Of a stretch of DNA of 64,000 nt, positions 10,027 to 20,066 are shown piece after piece. Each line of letters opens with the position of its first letter. Position 1 is the first letter of the stretch. The translations under genes and the position numbers were made by a program. The notes beneath the pieces are model-generated. The model ran no database searches. It saw only the letters and a list, made by a program, of their open reading frames with translations, and was not told the origin of the DNA. The stretch is from NCBI GenBank assembly GCA_964630555.1, contig CAZVVD010000002.1:1334-65333 (forward strand), read 5' to 3'. The DNA comes from an uncultured Verrucomicrobiota bacterium. GTDB taxonomy: Bacteria > Verrucomicrobiota > Kiritimatiellia > JAAZAB01.

Positions 10027-10956
10027 GTGGCGTCATCGAAAGAGAGCCAGGAGTTTTGGCAGGCGGGCCGCGGCCGGCAGCCATTCGGCGCGCCGGGCAA
10101 TCCGTTTGACCTGGCTGGACTGCGCCGGTGCATGGAGGCGCGGCAGGCGCCGGCCGACCGGGAGGTCCGCTGCGCCCGCCTGGACCTTGACGGCATGCCC
10201 TGCGAGTGGGTGCTGGCGCCCGGCGCGGATCCCGATGTGCGGCTGCTGTACCTGCATGGCGGCGGCTTTGTTTCCGGTTCCGGCGCCAACTACCTCCCCC
10301 TGGCGGCCGACCTTTCGGCGGCGGCCGGGTGCGCCGTGCTCCTGCCCGACTACCGGCTGGCCCCGGAAAACCCTTTCCCGGCCGGGCTTGAGGACTGCCT
10401 CCGCGCCCAGGACTGGATGACCCGAACGGGCCCTGCCGGCCCCGCGGCGGCAAAAGCGACCTTCATCGCGGGCGACTCCGCCGGCGGCGGCTTGACCCTG
10501 GCGACCCTGCTGGCGCTGAGGGACCGCGGCCGCGCGTTGCCGCAGGGCGCCATCCCGATGTCGGCCTTCGCGGACTTGACCCTGGCCAGCGAGTCCATCC
10601 GGAGCCAGGCCGGCAATGAGATCTACATGCATCCCGCTTGCCTGCCGGAGTTCGTCAAACTTTACGCCGGCGGCCAGGATACCCGCCATCCCCTGGTCTC
10701 GCCGGTCTTTGGGGATTACACGGGGATCCCGCCGCTGCTCATCCAGGTCGGCGAGTACGAGGTCATTCGCGATGACAGCCTCCGGGTGGCCGCCAAGGCC
10801 CGCGCGGACGGCGTCAGAGTGCAGCTTGAAGTCTGGCCGGGGCAGGTCCACGTGTTCCAGGTTCGCGGGCTCCCGGAGAGCCGCGCGGCCATCGCCCGTG
10901 TCGGGGCCTTCATCCGGAATCTCTGCGCCGGCCACGCCGCGGCCGCGCGCTCGTGA
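10027..10956 (+). CDS. alpha/beta hydrolase, esterase/lipase of hormone-sensitive-lipase family
   Basis: HGGGF oxyanion motif, GDSAGG nucleophile elbow, C-terminal His region; GTG start. Confidence 0.8.
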   Translation: MASSKESQEFWQAGRGRQPFGAPGNPFDLAGLRRCMEARQAPADREVRCARLDLDGMPCEWVLAPGADPDVRLLYLHGGGFVSGSGANYLPLAADLSAAAGCAVLLPDYRLAPENPFPAGLEDCLRAQDWMTRTGPAGPAAAKATFIAGDSAGGGLTLATLLALRDRGRALPQGAIPMSAFADLTLASESIRSQAGNEIYMHPACLPEFVKLYAGGQDTRHPLVSPVFGDYTGIPPLLIQVGEYEVIRDDSLRVAAKARADGVRVQLEVWPGQVHVFQVRGLPESRAAIARVGAFIRNLCAGHAAAARS

Positions 10957-11004
10957 CGGGCGGCGTGGGCAAGGCCGCCGAGAATGCGTTTGATCTCCGA
11001 TGGG

Positions 11005-12129
11005 CTATGTCTGATCAGGCGCGTTGAATGAAATGTTCAGGCGGTAGCGGGTGCCCTTCAGTTGCCCGCTCTTCTTCAAGGCTCCATTGGCCGCCAGTTC
11101 CGCGAGATCGCGGGTGGCCGTCGCGCGCGATGTTTTCGTGATGCGGATATATTTTTCCGCGCTGAGCCCACCGACAAACCCGTCCGGGCCTTCCAGGAAA
11201 AGACGCGTGATGACTTTCTTCTGCCGCTCGTTGAATACCCCCCGGTGCCGGTCGTAAAATTTTGCTTTCGCGATCAGGAATTCGATCCGGCTCACCGTGT
11301 GCGCCTGCGCTTCCAACACGGTCTCAGCAAAATACACCAGCCAGTCGGTTATCTCGTTGTCACGGTTGACCCGTTCGAGCGCGGCATAGTACGCCGGCTT
11401 GCTGCGTTCGATGGTCTGAGCCAAGGCGATCAGGGTAGGTTGACCCAGGCACTGCGCCAGGGCTTTTTCCGCGAGCGCCCGGCCGATCCGTCCGTTGCCG
11501 TCCTCGAAGGGATGGATGCTGACGAAGTAAAGATGAGCGATTCCCGCCCGCGCGAGCGCGGCGACTGGTTTCGCTCCTCCAGGCGCGGAATCGTTGAACC
11601 AGTGGACGAACCGGTCCATTTCAAGCTGCACCCGGCCGGAGGGCGGTGCCTCGAAATGGATGGTGGGCTCGTGAATCGGACCGGAGATCACTTGCATGGG
11701 TTCATCATGGGTTCGGTAACCGTCCGTCGCCGTAAGGTCGCGGCGCCCTTTGACCAGGGCGGCATACCATGCAAAGAGCGCGCCGTGGGTCAGCGCTTCG
11801 CCATAGGTCGAGTAAAGGTTCACCATCATTTCCGCGAGGCCCTGCTCGGCGGCGGGAACCCGGCGGTGATCGGCCTGCAGGCCAAACTGCCTGCGAATGG
11901 ACGACTGCAGGCTGTCCCGGTCCAGGTATTCGCCCTCGATCTCAGCGGTCTTGAGCGCTTCGTCGCTGATCAAATCGATGGTCAAGGCCTCCTTGTCTCC
12001 CTGCGCCAGGTGTTTGACCGCCCCGCACAACTCGCCCGCCAGGCGCTGAAAACGGCTCTCCAGCGCTGGGAGCGCTGTCAGTTTATACCTGAAATTGGGC
12101 CAATCAGACCGCTGCCAGTTCCAAGTCAT
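11005..12129 (-). CDS. fic: Fic family protein (Fic/DOC adenylyltransferase-type with C-terminal wHTH)
   Basis: Canonical FIC motif HPFEDGNGRIGR; 374 aa; gene GC is clearly lower than its surroundings. Confidence 0.85.
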   Translation of the reverse strand: MTWNWQRSDWPNFRYKLTALPALESRFQRLAGELCGAVKHLAQGDKEALTIDLISDEALKTAEIEGEYLDRDSLQSSIRRQFGLQADHRRVPAAEQGLAEMMVNLYSTYGEALTHGALFAWYAALVKGRRDLTATDGYRTHDEPMQVISGPIHEPTIHFEAPPSGRVQLEMDRFVHWFNDSAPGGAKPVAALARAGIAHLYFVSIHPFEDGNGRIGRALAEKALAQCLGQPTLIALAQTIERSKPAYYAALERVNRDNEITDWLVYFAETVLEAQAHTVSRIEFLIAKAKFYDRHRGVFNERQKKVITRLFLEGPDGFVGGLSAEKYIRITKTSRATATRDLAELAANGALKKSGQLKGTRYRLNISFNAPDQT

Positions 12130-12148
12130 GAGTTATATCCCCCTTTTT

Positions 12149-12182
12149 TATAACTCACAATACAGCAGAATTGTGAGTTATA
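12149..12182. promoter_or_regulatory. 13-bp inverted repeat TATAACTCACAAT-N8-ATTGTGAGTTATA 20-50 nt upstream of fic start
   Basis: Read directly; sits in an AT-rich spacer; TGAGTTATATC also occurs as a direct repeat (12128-12138, 12172-12182). Confidence 0.4.
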
Positions 12183-12400
12183 TCAAGTTATTTTTTGAAT
12201 CAGGCGTCACCCAGGCAGGATCAATCCCTGAGATGTTTGCACCGACCCTGTCGGCACTCCGCGCGCCGTAGTCCATGCCGTTCTCCTCGTTGGAGTGGGT
12301 AGGGGGAGTCACTTGGGCGAAATGGGATGGGTTCTGAAGCATGGTTCACTGGCCGGATCTGGATGTCGATTTGACGCTCGATATGATCGACCATCCCGAA

Positions 12401-12746
12401 TGGTATCCGCTCAGATACAAGTAGATGCAAACATTCTTCTTGTTCACGGCGCGGGGCAGGGCGGGTGGTGCTGGGGGCAGCTGACCCCGCTCCTGCGCGC
12501 CGCCGGGCACGAGGCGCTCGCGCCCACCCTGACCGGGCTTGGCGAGCGCGCGCACCTCGCGAGCCCGGAGATCGGCCTGGAAACGCATGCCGCGACATGC
12601 TGGGCGCGCTGGCATGCGAGGACCTGCGCGGCGTGGTGCGGGTGGGGTACAACTACGGCGGCATGGTGATCGCCGCCGTGGCCGAGTTGCTGCTCGGGCG
12701 GCTGAAAAGATGCCCCTTGGCGCCAAGTGACCGCTCTGCCGTCTGA
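12401..12746 (+). pseudogene. alpha/beta hydrolase (methylesterase-like) remnant, frameshifted and truncated
   Basis: N-terminal ILLVHGAGQGGWCWGQL...PTLTGLGER in one frame continues as DMLGAL...VRVGYNYGGMVIAAVAE in another frame near 12590. It ends at approximately 115 aa, whereas intact members of the family are approximately 260 aa. Confidence 0.45.
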
Positions 12747-12859
12747 CGGCGCGGCGACTTTTTCGAAAAATCATTTTGACCTGGCGGGAGGAAGAGAGGA
12801 AACTGCCGGCCCGGCCCCCGCCGCCGGCCAGTAGCGGCGCGGCCGGCGAGGGAGGACGC

Positions 12860-13213
12860 ATGGCCAAGTATCGCATCGCGCAACTCGACAAGGTCAAGGC
12901 CCGGCCATGCCCGTGCGGGCGGACGCGGCGGGCCTTCGTGGCGCCCGACAATCCCGTGGCGACCCTGCACCTGGTGGACATTGCGAAGACCAGCCGGGTG
13001 CATTACCACCGGAAGCTGACGGAACTCTACCTCGTCCTGGCCGGCAAGGGGCACCTGGAGCTCGACGGCCGGCGGGTGCCGGTGAAGCCCATGACGGCTG
13101 TCCTCATCAAGCCCGGCTGCCGCCACCGCGCGGTCGGCCGCCTGCGGATCGTCAACGTGCCGGTCCCGGCGTTCGATCCTGCCGACGAGTGGTTTGACGA
13201 GGGGAGCGACTGA
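12860..13213 (+). CDS. cupin domain protein
   Basis: ATG 12860 after GGGAGGAC; small beta-barrel cupin-like sequence (HYHRKLTELYLVLAGKGHLELDG). Confidence 0.65.
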   Translation: MAKYRIAQLDKVKARPCPCGRTRRAFVAPDNPVATLHLVDIAKTSRVHYHRKLTELYLVLAGKGHLELDGRRVPVKPMTAVLIKPGCRHRAVGRLRIVNVPVPAFDPADEWFDEGSD

Positions 13214-13248
13214 CGCCGGTCCGGCCGGCCCCGGGGGAACGAATCAGC

Positions 13249-14545
13249 ATGGCAAAAGCCCGGCAGGTTATTTTCGCGCGGCGGGTGCCGGTTCGGCACG
13301 AGGTGGACGTGTGCGTGGCCGGGCGCGGCCGCGGCGGTCACGGCGGCCCGGCAGGGCGCGCGCGTGCTGCTCATCGAGGGGCAGTCCTGTTTCGGCGGCT
13401 CGGGGACCGCCGGGATGCTGCCCGTGTTCATGAACTTCGGCGACCGCCGGCACTTCTACGCCGACGGCTTCGGCCGCGAGGTGCTCGACCGCCTGGAACG
13501 CGCCGGGGGACTATGGCCCGGCGCGGGCCGCTGCTACAAGGGCGAGGCGCTCAAGCGCGTCTACGACGACCTGGTCGAGGCGAGCGGGGCGCGTTTTGCG
13601 CTCTGCACCCAGCTCGTGGGCGTCGAGGCCGGGGCCGGACGGGTGGCCCTGGCCGTCTGCTGGGGCAAGAGCGGGCTTTTCGGCGTGCGTGCGCGGGTCT
13701 TCGTGGACGCCACCGGCGCGCCGTTTGAGAAGGGCGACGCGCGCGGGCGGATGATGCCCGGCACGCTCTGCTCGTTCTGGACGGGGGTGGACTGGAAGAA
13801 GGCCGAGGCCGCCGGCACCGGCGCCTGGAGCCAGCAGGGCTACCTGCCGCGGGCCTTCAAGGACGGCGTGTTCACGGTCAAGGATCCCCACCTGCCCGGC
13901 ATGGTGCCCGTCGGCCGGACCAACGGGGGCGGCAACATCGGGCACGCGTTCGGGGTGGACGGCACCGACGAGCGCTCGGTCACGCGGGCCCTCCTGGCCG
14001 CGCGCCGGTCGCTGGTGGAATACCAGCGCTTTTACCGCGACTACCTGGCGGGCTACGGGGAGGCCGAGATGTCGGTCTCGGCGCCCCTGCTGGGCATCCG
14101 CGAGACGCGGCGGATCCTGGGAGATTACGTCCTGGACAAAAAGGATTACGCCCGGCGCGCCGTGTTCGCCGACGAGATCGGGCGCTTCAACTACTGGATC
14201 GACATCCATTGCGCCCGGCCGACGCCAAAGGAATTCCGGGCCCACCTGCGGCGACACCGGGCGACGCCCTACCGGGAGGGCGAGAGCTACGGCATCCCCT
14301 ACCGCTGTCTCCTTCCGCGGCGGCTGGACAATGTCCTGGTCGCCGGCCGCTGCGTGAGCGCCGACCGCTGGCTGCAGTCGTCGCTCCGCGTCATGCCGGG
14401 CTGTTACCTCACGGGCCAGGCCGCGGGCCTGGCGGCGGCGCTGGCGGCGGACCGGGGGCAGACGCCGCGGCAGGTGAACGTGGCCGAGCTGCAGGCGCGG
14501 CTGGCGAACATGGGCGCCTTCCTTCCGAACCGCGGCAAGCCCTGA
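13249..14545 (+). CDS. FAD-dependent oxidoreductase (FAD_oxidored family) with apparent +1 frameshift near 13321-13325
   Basis: N-terminus MAKARQVIFARRVPVRHEVDVCVAG is in one frame. The Rossmann continuation AAAAVTAARQGARVLLIEGQSCFGGSGT and the remaining approximately 390 aa are in the +1 frame. The junction lies in the run GCCGGGCGCGGCCGCGGCGG. Confidence 0.6.
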
Positions 14546-14602
14546 GCGTTTTTTGAGGGCAGCGTTGCTTGCGGGCGACAGGCGCCCGGGAGCGCCTGGG
14601 GG

Positions 14603-15232
14603 TTAGCCCAAGTTTCGCAGGCGGCGCACCAGGGTTTGCCCGAGGTTGAAGGCCGCGTGCAGGTGACGCTCCGATGCGCGGGGGCTATCCATGCCGACCG
14701 CGCAGGCGTACAGCAGGCCGACGATCGGCGCGTTCAAGGTGCAGGGAATCGTGTCCTTGAACACCCGGCCCACGCTGCCGAACAGGCGCGCCATGACGCC
14801 GGGAATCAATCCTGTGCTGGTGATGCAGACGGCGGCCTTGGGCCGCGAATTGCGCGGCTCGGGACAGCCTTGCATGGGCCGGCGGCCCGGTCGGGCCATG
14901 ACCCAGCAAATCCGTTCCAGGAAGCACTTCATCACGGCGGTCACGGTGGCTTCATACATCGGGCAGGCGAAGAGGTAGCCGTCGGCCTGATCCAGCCGGC
15001 GGCAGAGGTCGGCCATGTCGTCCGGGATCGCGCACCGGGCCACGGGTTTGGCCGGGTCGTCGTTGCGGCAGACCATGCAGCCCCGGCAATACTCGATGCG
15101 CCGGTCGATCAGGCGGATGGTTTCCACCGCGGCCTGTGGTTCCAGGGCGCGCACCCCCTTGAGCGCCTCCGCGAGCAGCGTGTCGGTGGTGCGGCCGCGC
15201 TGGTAGCTGCCGCTGATGGCGACGATGCGCAT
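14603..15232 (-). CDS. flavodoxin-like fold protein, NADPH-dependent FMN reductase / iron-sulfur flavoprotein family
   Basis: MRIVAISGSYQRGRTTDTL N-terminus plus a CxxCxxC cluster; start ATG 15232. Confidence 0.65.
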   Translation of the reverse strand: MRIVAISGSYQRGRTTDTLLAEALKGVRALEPQAAVETIRLIDRRIEYCRGCMVCRNDDPAKPVARCAIPDDMADLCRRLDQADGYLFACPMYEATVTAVMKCFLERICWVMARPGRRPMQGCPEPRNSRPKAAVCITSTGLIPGVMARLFGSVGRVFKDTIPCTLNAPIVGLLYACAVGMDSPRASERHLHAAFNLGQTLVRRLRNLG

Positions 15233-15381
15233 GGATGCCCCCGCCCGGGCAGCGCGGTCAGTTTCCGCGCCGTCCGGGGTGAAGGTAGCACGGTCCGCGC
15301 GGGCTGGCCAGTCCCGATCCCGGCTGACGGCCGCAAAGCGGCTTGACAGCGATGGCCGACCGCCTAAGCTTTCGGCCATCG

Positions 15382-16470
15382 ATGAAAATCATGGATAAAT
15401 ACATCCTGGGCCGGTTCTTCGTGCCCCTGGGATACTGCCTGGCGGCGTTCACGATGGTGTTCGTCATTTTCGACCTGTTCGAGCACCTGTCGGATTTCAT
15501 TGACGCCAAAACGCCCCTGTTCCTGGTCTTGCGCTACTACCTGATGATCGTCCCGGCCCTGCTGGTGTACATCGCCCCGATTTCCCTCCTGCTGGGCGTG
15601 CTCTACAGCCTGTGGCAATTGACCAAGAACAACGAGCTGACGGCCATGCGCGCCAGCGGGATCAGTCTCGCCCGGATCGCGGTCCCGATCATCGGGGTCG
15701 GGCTGGGCTTCAGCCTCCTGGTGAACGTCTTCCAGGAAACCGTGGCGCCCTGGGCGAGTTACTGGGCCAGCCAGTTCATTGCGCAACAGGAAAGCCGGGA
15801 CGCCGCCTCGACCCGCTATGCGCATGAACTGCCCTTCACCAACGAGCGCGAGCACCGCTTCTGGGTGGTGCGCCAGTTCGATCTCAAGCTGCACAACATG
15901 CGCGACATCAAGGTGGTGCAGCAGCGGCCGGACGGCAGCGACCAGGAAATCCTCCTGGCCGAGGAGGGCCGCTACTACGACGGCTGCTGGTGGCTGTTCA
16001 ACGTCCGGATTCAGAAATACGATTTTTACAACAACCCGGTCGGGGCGGTCGAGACGCACGCCCGGCGCCAGATGACGGAGTGGACGGAAACGCCGCGGGA
16101 TTTCATCAACGAGGTCAAGGACCCGGTCTTCCTCTCGGCCCGGGAGCTGTGGACCTTCATGGCCACCCACCGGAAACTGTCCGACAAAACCTACGCGCGC
16201 ATTTCGGTGGACATGCATTTCCGCCTGGCGATGCCGTGGACCTGCCTGGTGGTGACCCTCTTCGGCATTCCCTGCGGCCTGCGCACCGCCCGCAAGGGCG
16301 CCTTCCTGGGGATCGTGGTCGCCCTGGCGACGTTCTTCTGCTTTTACCTGTTGATGACCTTCTGCCAGTGGCTCGGCAAGAACCAAATCCTCGATCCGAT
16401 CACCAGCGCCTGGCTGCCCAACGCGGTGTTTCTCCTGGTCGGCGTCCTGCTGATGGTGCGGTTGAGGTAA
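15382..16470 (+). CDS. LptF/LptG family permease (YjgP/YjgQ)
   Basis: N-terminal and C-terminal TM bundles with a periplasmic beta-jellyroll middle; typical MDKYILGRFF start region. Confidence 0.8.
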   Translation: MKIMDKYILGRFFVPLGYCLAAFTMVFVIFDLFEHLSDFIDAKTPLFLVLRYYLMIVPALLVYIAPISLLLGVLYSLWQLTKNNELTAMRASGISLARIAVPIIGVGLGFSLLVNVFQETVAPWASYWASQFIAQQESRDAASTRYAHELPFTNEREHRFWVVRQFDLKLHNMRDIKVVQQRPDGSDQEILLAEEGRYYDGCWWLFNVRIQKYDFYNNPVGAVETHARRQMTEWTETPRDFINEVKDPVFLSARELWTFMATHRKLSDKTYARISVDMHFRLAMPWTCLVVTLFGIPCGLRTARKGAFLGIVVALATFFCFYLLMTFCQWLGKNQILDPITSAWLPNAVFLLVGVLLMVRLR

Positions 16471-16474
16471 GCCG

Positions 16475-17629
16475 ATGCGCATCGTCATCGCTCCCAACAG
16501 CTTCAAGCATTGCCTGTCGTCCCCGGCGGTGGCGGCGGCTGTGGCGCGGGGCGTGCGCGCCGCCGCGCCGGACGCCGAGCTTGAACTCATCCCGCTTTCC
16601 GACGGCGGGGACGGACTGTTGGCCGCGCTCAGCGCCCGCCTGCCCGGCCGGGTCGTGGAGGCCGAGACCGAGGACGCCCTGGGCCGCCCCTTGCGGGCCG
16701 CCTGGTTCAAGCACCGGGATTTCGCCCTGATCGAGACCGCGCTGGCCTGCGGCCAGGCCCGCCTGAGCGGTCCGGGGGAATACGCGCCGCTGCGGGCCTC
16801 CACCTTGGGCGCCGGGCTCCTGGTGCGCGCCGCCCTGGACCAGGGGTGTCGGCGGATTGTTATCGGCCTGGGCGGCAGCGCCACGGTGGACGCCGGATGC
16901 GGACTGGCCGCGGCCCTGGGATATGGCCTGCTGGATGCGCACGGCCAGGCCCTGGCGCCCGGGGGCGGCGTCCTGGGACAGCTGGATCGGATCATCCCGG
17001 ACTGGCGCGCCCAGGGGGAGGGCAAAGGGGGGGTGGCCGCGGCTGCCGGCGTGGACGGCGCGACCTTCATCGCCTTGACCGACGTCCGCAACCCCCTGCT
17101 GGGTCCGTCGGGCGCGGCGCGGGTGTTTGGACCCCAGAAAGGCGCGTCCCCGGCCGAGGTGGAGGTGTTGGAATCCAATTTGACGCATTGGGCGCGGGTG
17201 GCGGAGCGCGACCTGGGACGGTCCGTGGCCGCGCTCCCGGGCGCCGGCGCCGCCGGCGGACTGGGCGCCGGTTGCGCCGCTTTCCTCGGCGCCCGCTTGA
17301 CGCCGGGCGCCGAGTGGGTTGCCGAGCGGACCGGATTGCGGGAGGCCGTCAGCCGGGCCGACCTGGTGTTGACCGGCGAGGGGCGGCTGGATCGCCAGAC
17401 GGGGTTTGGCAAGGTTCCGGGGTATGTGGCCCGGCTGGCCCGGGAAATGGGAAAGCCGGTCCTGGCCCTGGCGGGCAGCGTCGAGGACGGGCTGGACCTC
17501 GCGGCCCTGGGGATTGCCCGGTGCGCGGTGATTGCGCCGCCGGGCGCCGGCCTGGCGGAATCCATCAAAATGGCCGAAACAAATCTTGAAAAAAAGGCGG
17601 CGGCTCTTATGCTGGGGGGTTGGAGGTAA
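16475..17629 (+). CDS. glxK: glycerate kinase
   Basis: MRIVIAPNSFKHCLSS N-terminus and GlxK/GarK family architecture; starts 5 nt after the upstream stop. Confidence 0.85.
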   Translation: MRIVIAPNSFKHCLSSPAVAAAVARGVRAAAPDAELELIPLSDGGDGLLAALSARLPGRVVEAETEDALGRPLRAAWFKHRDFALIETALACGQARLSGPGEYAPLRASTLGAGLLVRAALDQGCRRIVIGLGGSATVDAGCGLAAALGYGLLDAHGQALAPGGGVLGQLDRIIPDWRAQGEGKGGVAAAAGVDGATFIALTDVRNPLLGPSGAARVFGPQKGASPAEVEVLESNLTHWARVAERDLGRSVAALPGAGAAGGLGAGCAAFLGARLTPGAEWVAERTGLREAVSRADLVLTGEGRLDRQTGFGKVPGYVARLAREMGKPVLALAGSVEDGLDLAALGIARCAVIAPPGAGLAESIKMAETNLEKKAAALMLGGWR

Positions 17630-17632
17630 GCC

Positions 17633-18553
17633 ATGTCCCAACCCGTCTCGGTCATTGCGCCGGTCAGGTCGGCCATTGACACCACCCGGCGTTTGCTGTT
17701 TGCCCCGTTCGACCTGGTCAAGTGGCTGGGGCTGGGATTCACCGCCTGGCTGGCCATGTTGAGCGACGGCGGATGGCCGGCGAATTTCGGCAACCTGCTT
17801 GGCGGCCCGCCGGACGCCCAGCCGTTCCAGGCCGCCTCGGCCTGGATCCAAGCCCACGTGGTGCTGGTCGTCGCCCTGGCGGCCTGCGCGGGCGTGGCCA
17901 TCCTGGCGGCCGCGCTGGCCGTCGCCTGGGTCAGCAGCCGCGGGAAGTTCATGTTCCTGGACAACGTCGTCCGCGACCGCGCCGAGATTGTAGAGCCCTG
18001 GCAGCGCACCCGGCGGCAGGGCAATTCCTATTTCCTGTTTTCGATCGGCTTTGGGCTGGCATGCCTGGCGGCGCTGGGCGTGATCGTGCTGGTTGGCGTG
18101 CTGATTGCCATGCCGGATCTATCGCGCCAGACGGTGGGGGCCAACGCCGTGGCCGCCCTCGCGCTGGGCGGACTGCTGTTCGGGCTGTACCTGCTGGCGC
18201 TGACCGCGGCCTTGATCTTTCTCGAGGATTTCATCATCCCGATCATGTTCCTGCGGTCCTGCCGGGCGCTCGAGGCCTGGAGCGAGTTTTTCGGGCTGTT
18301 CCAAGGTCATGCCGGCGTCTTCCTGCTGTACGCGCTGTTCAAGATCGCGCTGGGGTGGGCCTTGGCCATGGTCAGCCTCGGGGTCTGCTGCTGCCTGTGC
18401 TGCGTGATGTGGATCCCCTACGTCAGCACCGTGATCCTGCTGCCATTGTTCGTGTTCCTGCGCTGCTATGCGCTCCATTTTCTCGAGCAGTTCGGCGCCC
18501 GCTACCGGCTGTTTGCGGACTCCGGCGCGGATTACCTGGCGCTGGCGCCATAA
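17633..18553 (+). CDS. polytopic membrane protein, hypothetical (Cys-rich TM segment GVCCCLCCVMW)
   Basis: ORF starting 4 nt after the glxK stop; multiple hydrophobic helices. Confidence 0.6.
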   Translation: MSQPVSVIAPVRSAIDTTRRLLFAPFDLVKWLGLGFTAWLAMLSDGGWPANFGNLLGGPPDAQPFQAASAWIQAHVVLVVALAACAGVAILAAALAVAWVSSRGKFMFLDNVVRDRAEIVEPWQRTRRQGNSYFLFSIGFGLACLAALGVIVLVGVLIAMPDLSRQTVGANAVAALALGGLLFGLYLLALTAALIFLEDFIIPIMFLRSCRALEAWSEFFGLFQGHAGVFLLYALFKIALGWALAMVSLGVCCCLCCVMWIPYVSTVILLPLFVFLRCYALHFLEQFGARYRLFADSGADYLALAP

Positions 18554-18616
18554 CCCGGCGCCGCCGCCTCCGGCCGGACCGGCCGGGTGGAGGCCACCTC
18601 GGAAGGAAAAGCCGCC

Positions 18617-19708
18617 ATGTCGATCATCAAGGCCCTGCTGCAGCAAGCGGTGGAACGCGATGCCTCGGACATCCACCTCAAGGTCGGCGAGCCGCCTTTT
18701 TTCCGCATTCACGGCGAGCTGGCCCCGTCCGACTTGTCCAAGATGAGCGCCGACGACCTGAAGTGCGTCGTCATCGACATCCTGCCCGAGCACATCAAGC
18801 GCAAGGCCGAGCCGGACAACGAGATGGACTTCTCCCACTACGAGGAGGGCGTCGGCCGCTTCCGTGTCAACGTCTTCCTGTCCCACCACGTGCCGACCCT
18901 GGCCCTGCGCCACGTCAAGACCGAGATTCCTTCGATCGCCGCTCTGCACCTGCCGCCGATCCTCGAGCGGCTGGTGAACGTGGACAACGGCATTCTCATG
19001 GTGTGCGGCGCCACCAGTTCGGGAAAGTCCACCACCCTGGCCGCGATGATTCATTCGATCAATACCAACCGGCGCGACCGGATCATCACCATCGAGGACC
19101 CGGTGGAGTACGTGTTCCAGGACATCCGCTCGGTGATCACCCAGCGCGAGGTGGGGTTGGACACGCCGTCCTTCCACTCGGCGCTCAAGCACGTGCTCCG
19201 TCAGGATCCGGACGTGATCATGATCGGGGAAATGCGCGACCCGGTCAGCCTGTCGGTCGCCCTGAGCGCGGCCGAAACCGGGCACCTGGTCCTCTCGACC
19301 CTGCATTCCACCACCGCCGACCAGTCCATCCACCGCATCCTCAGCTTTTTCCCCTCCGAGGAGCGGGAGCAAGTGCGCCTGGCGGTGGCGGCCAACCTGG
19401 CGGCCGTCCTGTGCCAGCGGCTGGTGCCCGCGATCCGCGGCGGCGTTCTGCCGGCGGTGGAAATCATGATCAACACGCCCACGATCCACAAGCTGCTGCT
19501 GGGCAACAAGCTCGAGACCCTGCATGCCGCCATCGAAACCGGCAAGGAAGACGGAATGCAGACGTTCAACCAGGCCTTGTTCCAGCTGATCAAGAGCGGA
19601 CAAGTCACCGAGAAGGAGGGCCTGGCGCAGTCCCCGAGTCCGGAAGCCCTCAAGATGAATCTCCAAGGGATTTTCCTGGACGAGGGCCAACGCATTCTCG
19701 GGGAATGA
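18617..19708 (+). CDS. pilT: type IV pilus retraction ATPase PilT
   Basis: Walker A GATSSGKSTTLAAMI, Asp/His boxes, PilT-specific C-terminal region; RBS GGAAGGAAAAG upstream of ATG 18617. Confidence 0.9.
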   Translation: MSIIKALLQQAVERDASDIHLKVGEPPFFRIHGELAPSDLSKMSADDLKCVVIDILPEHIKRKAEPDNEMDFSHYEEGVGRFRVNVFLSHHVPTLALRHVKTEIPSIAALHLPPILERLVNVDNGILMVCGATSSGKSTTLAAMIHSINTNRRDRIITIEDPVEYVFQDIRSVITQREVGLDTPSFHSALKHVLRQDPDVIMIGEMRDPVSLSVALSAAETGHLVLSTLHSTTADQSIHRILSFFPSEEREQVRLAVAANLAAVLCQRLVPAIRGGVLPAVEIMINTPTIHKLLLGNKLETLHAAIETGKEDGMQTFNQALFQLIKSGQVTEKEGLAQSPSPEALKMNLQGIFLDEGQRILGE

Positions 19709-20066
19709 TACGGAATGGTTAATGGTTGATGGTTAATGGTGGAAGGTGTGCCGCGGCGAAGTCCGGCAGCCGCCGGACGAAGCCGGGTGGATGGTTGGTA
19801 ATGCATGGATTGTGATATCTTATCCCCTCCCAGGAGGAGCATGGGGTGGGTTCCTTGATCTTCTGAAGATAATTACCTGAATATCTATAGGCGGGCAGGC
19901 ATCCCTGGCCGATGGGCAGGCAGCGCGCGCGTTTCGCTCCAAACGCGCGGCGGTTGAGCTTGACAGCGGGTCATAAAAAGAGCAAACTGCTTTGGAAAAA
20001 CAGACATTTTTAATAGACGTGTCGATAATTGTCCTGGAAATAGCGTAAAGTTTCCCATTCGGCTTA

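Noticed and set aside
13364-14545. Calling the FAD oxidoreductase from the GTG at 13364 as an intact shorter gene
   Set aside because: That would delete the dinucleotide-binding N-terminus, which is clearly encoded upstream in the adjacent frame. A frameshift or sequencing error is more parsimonious.
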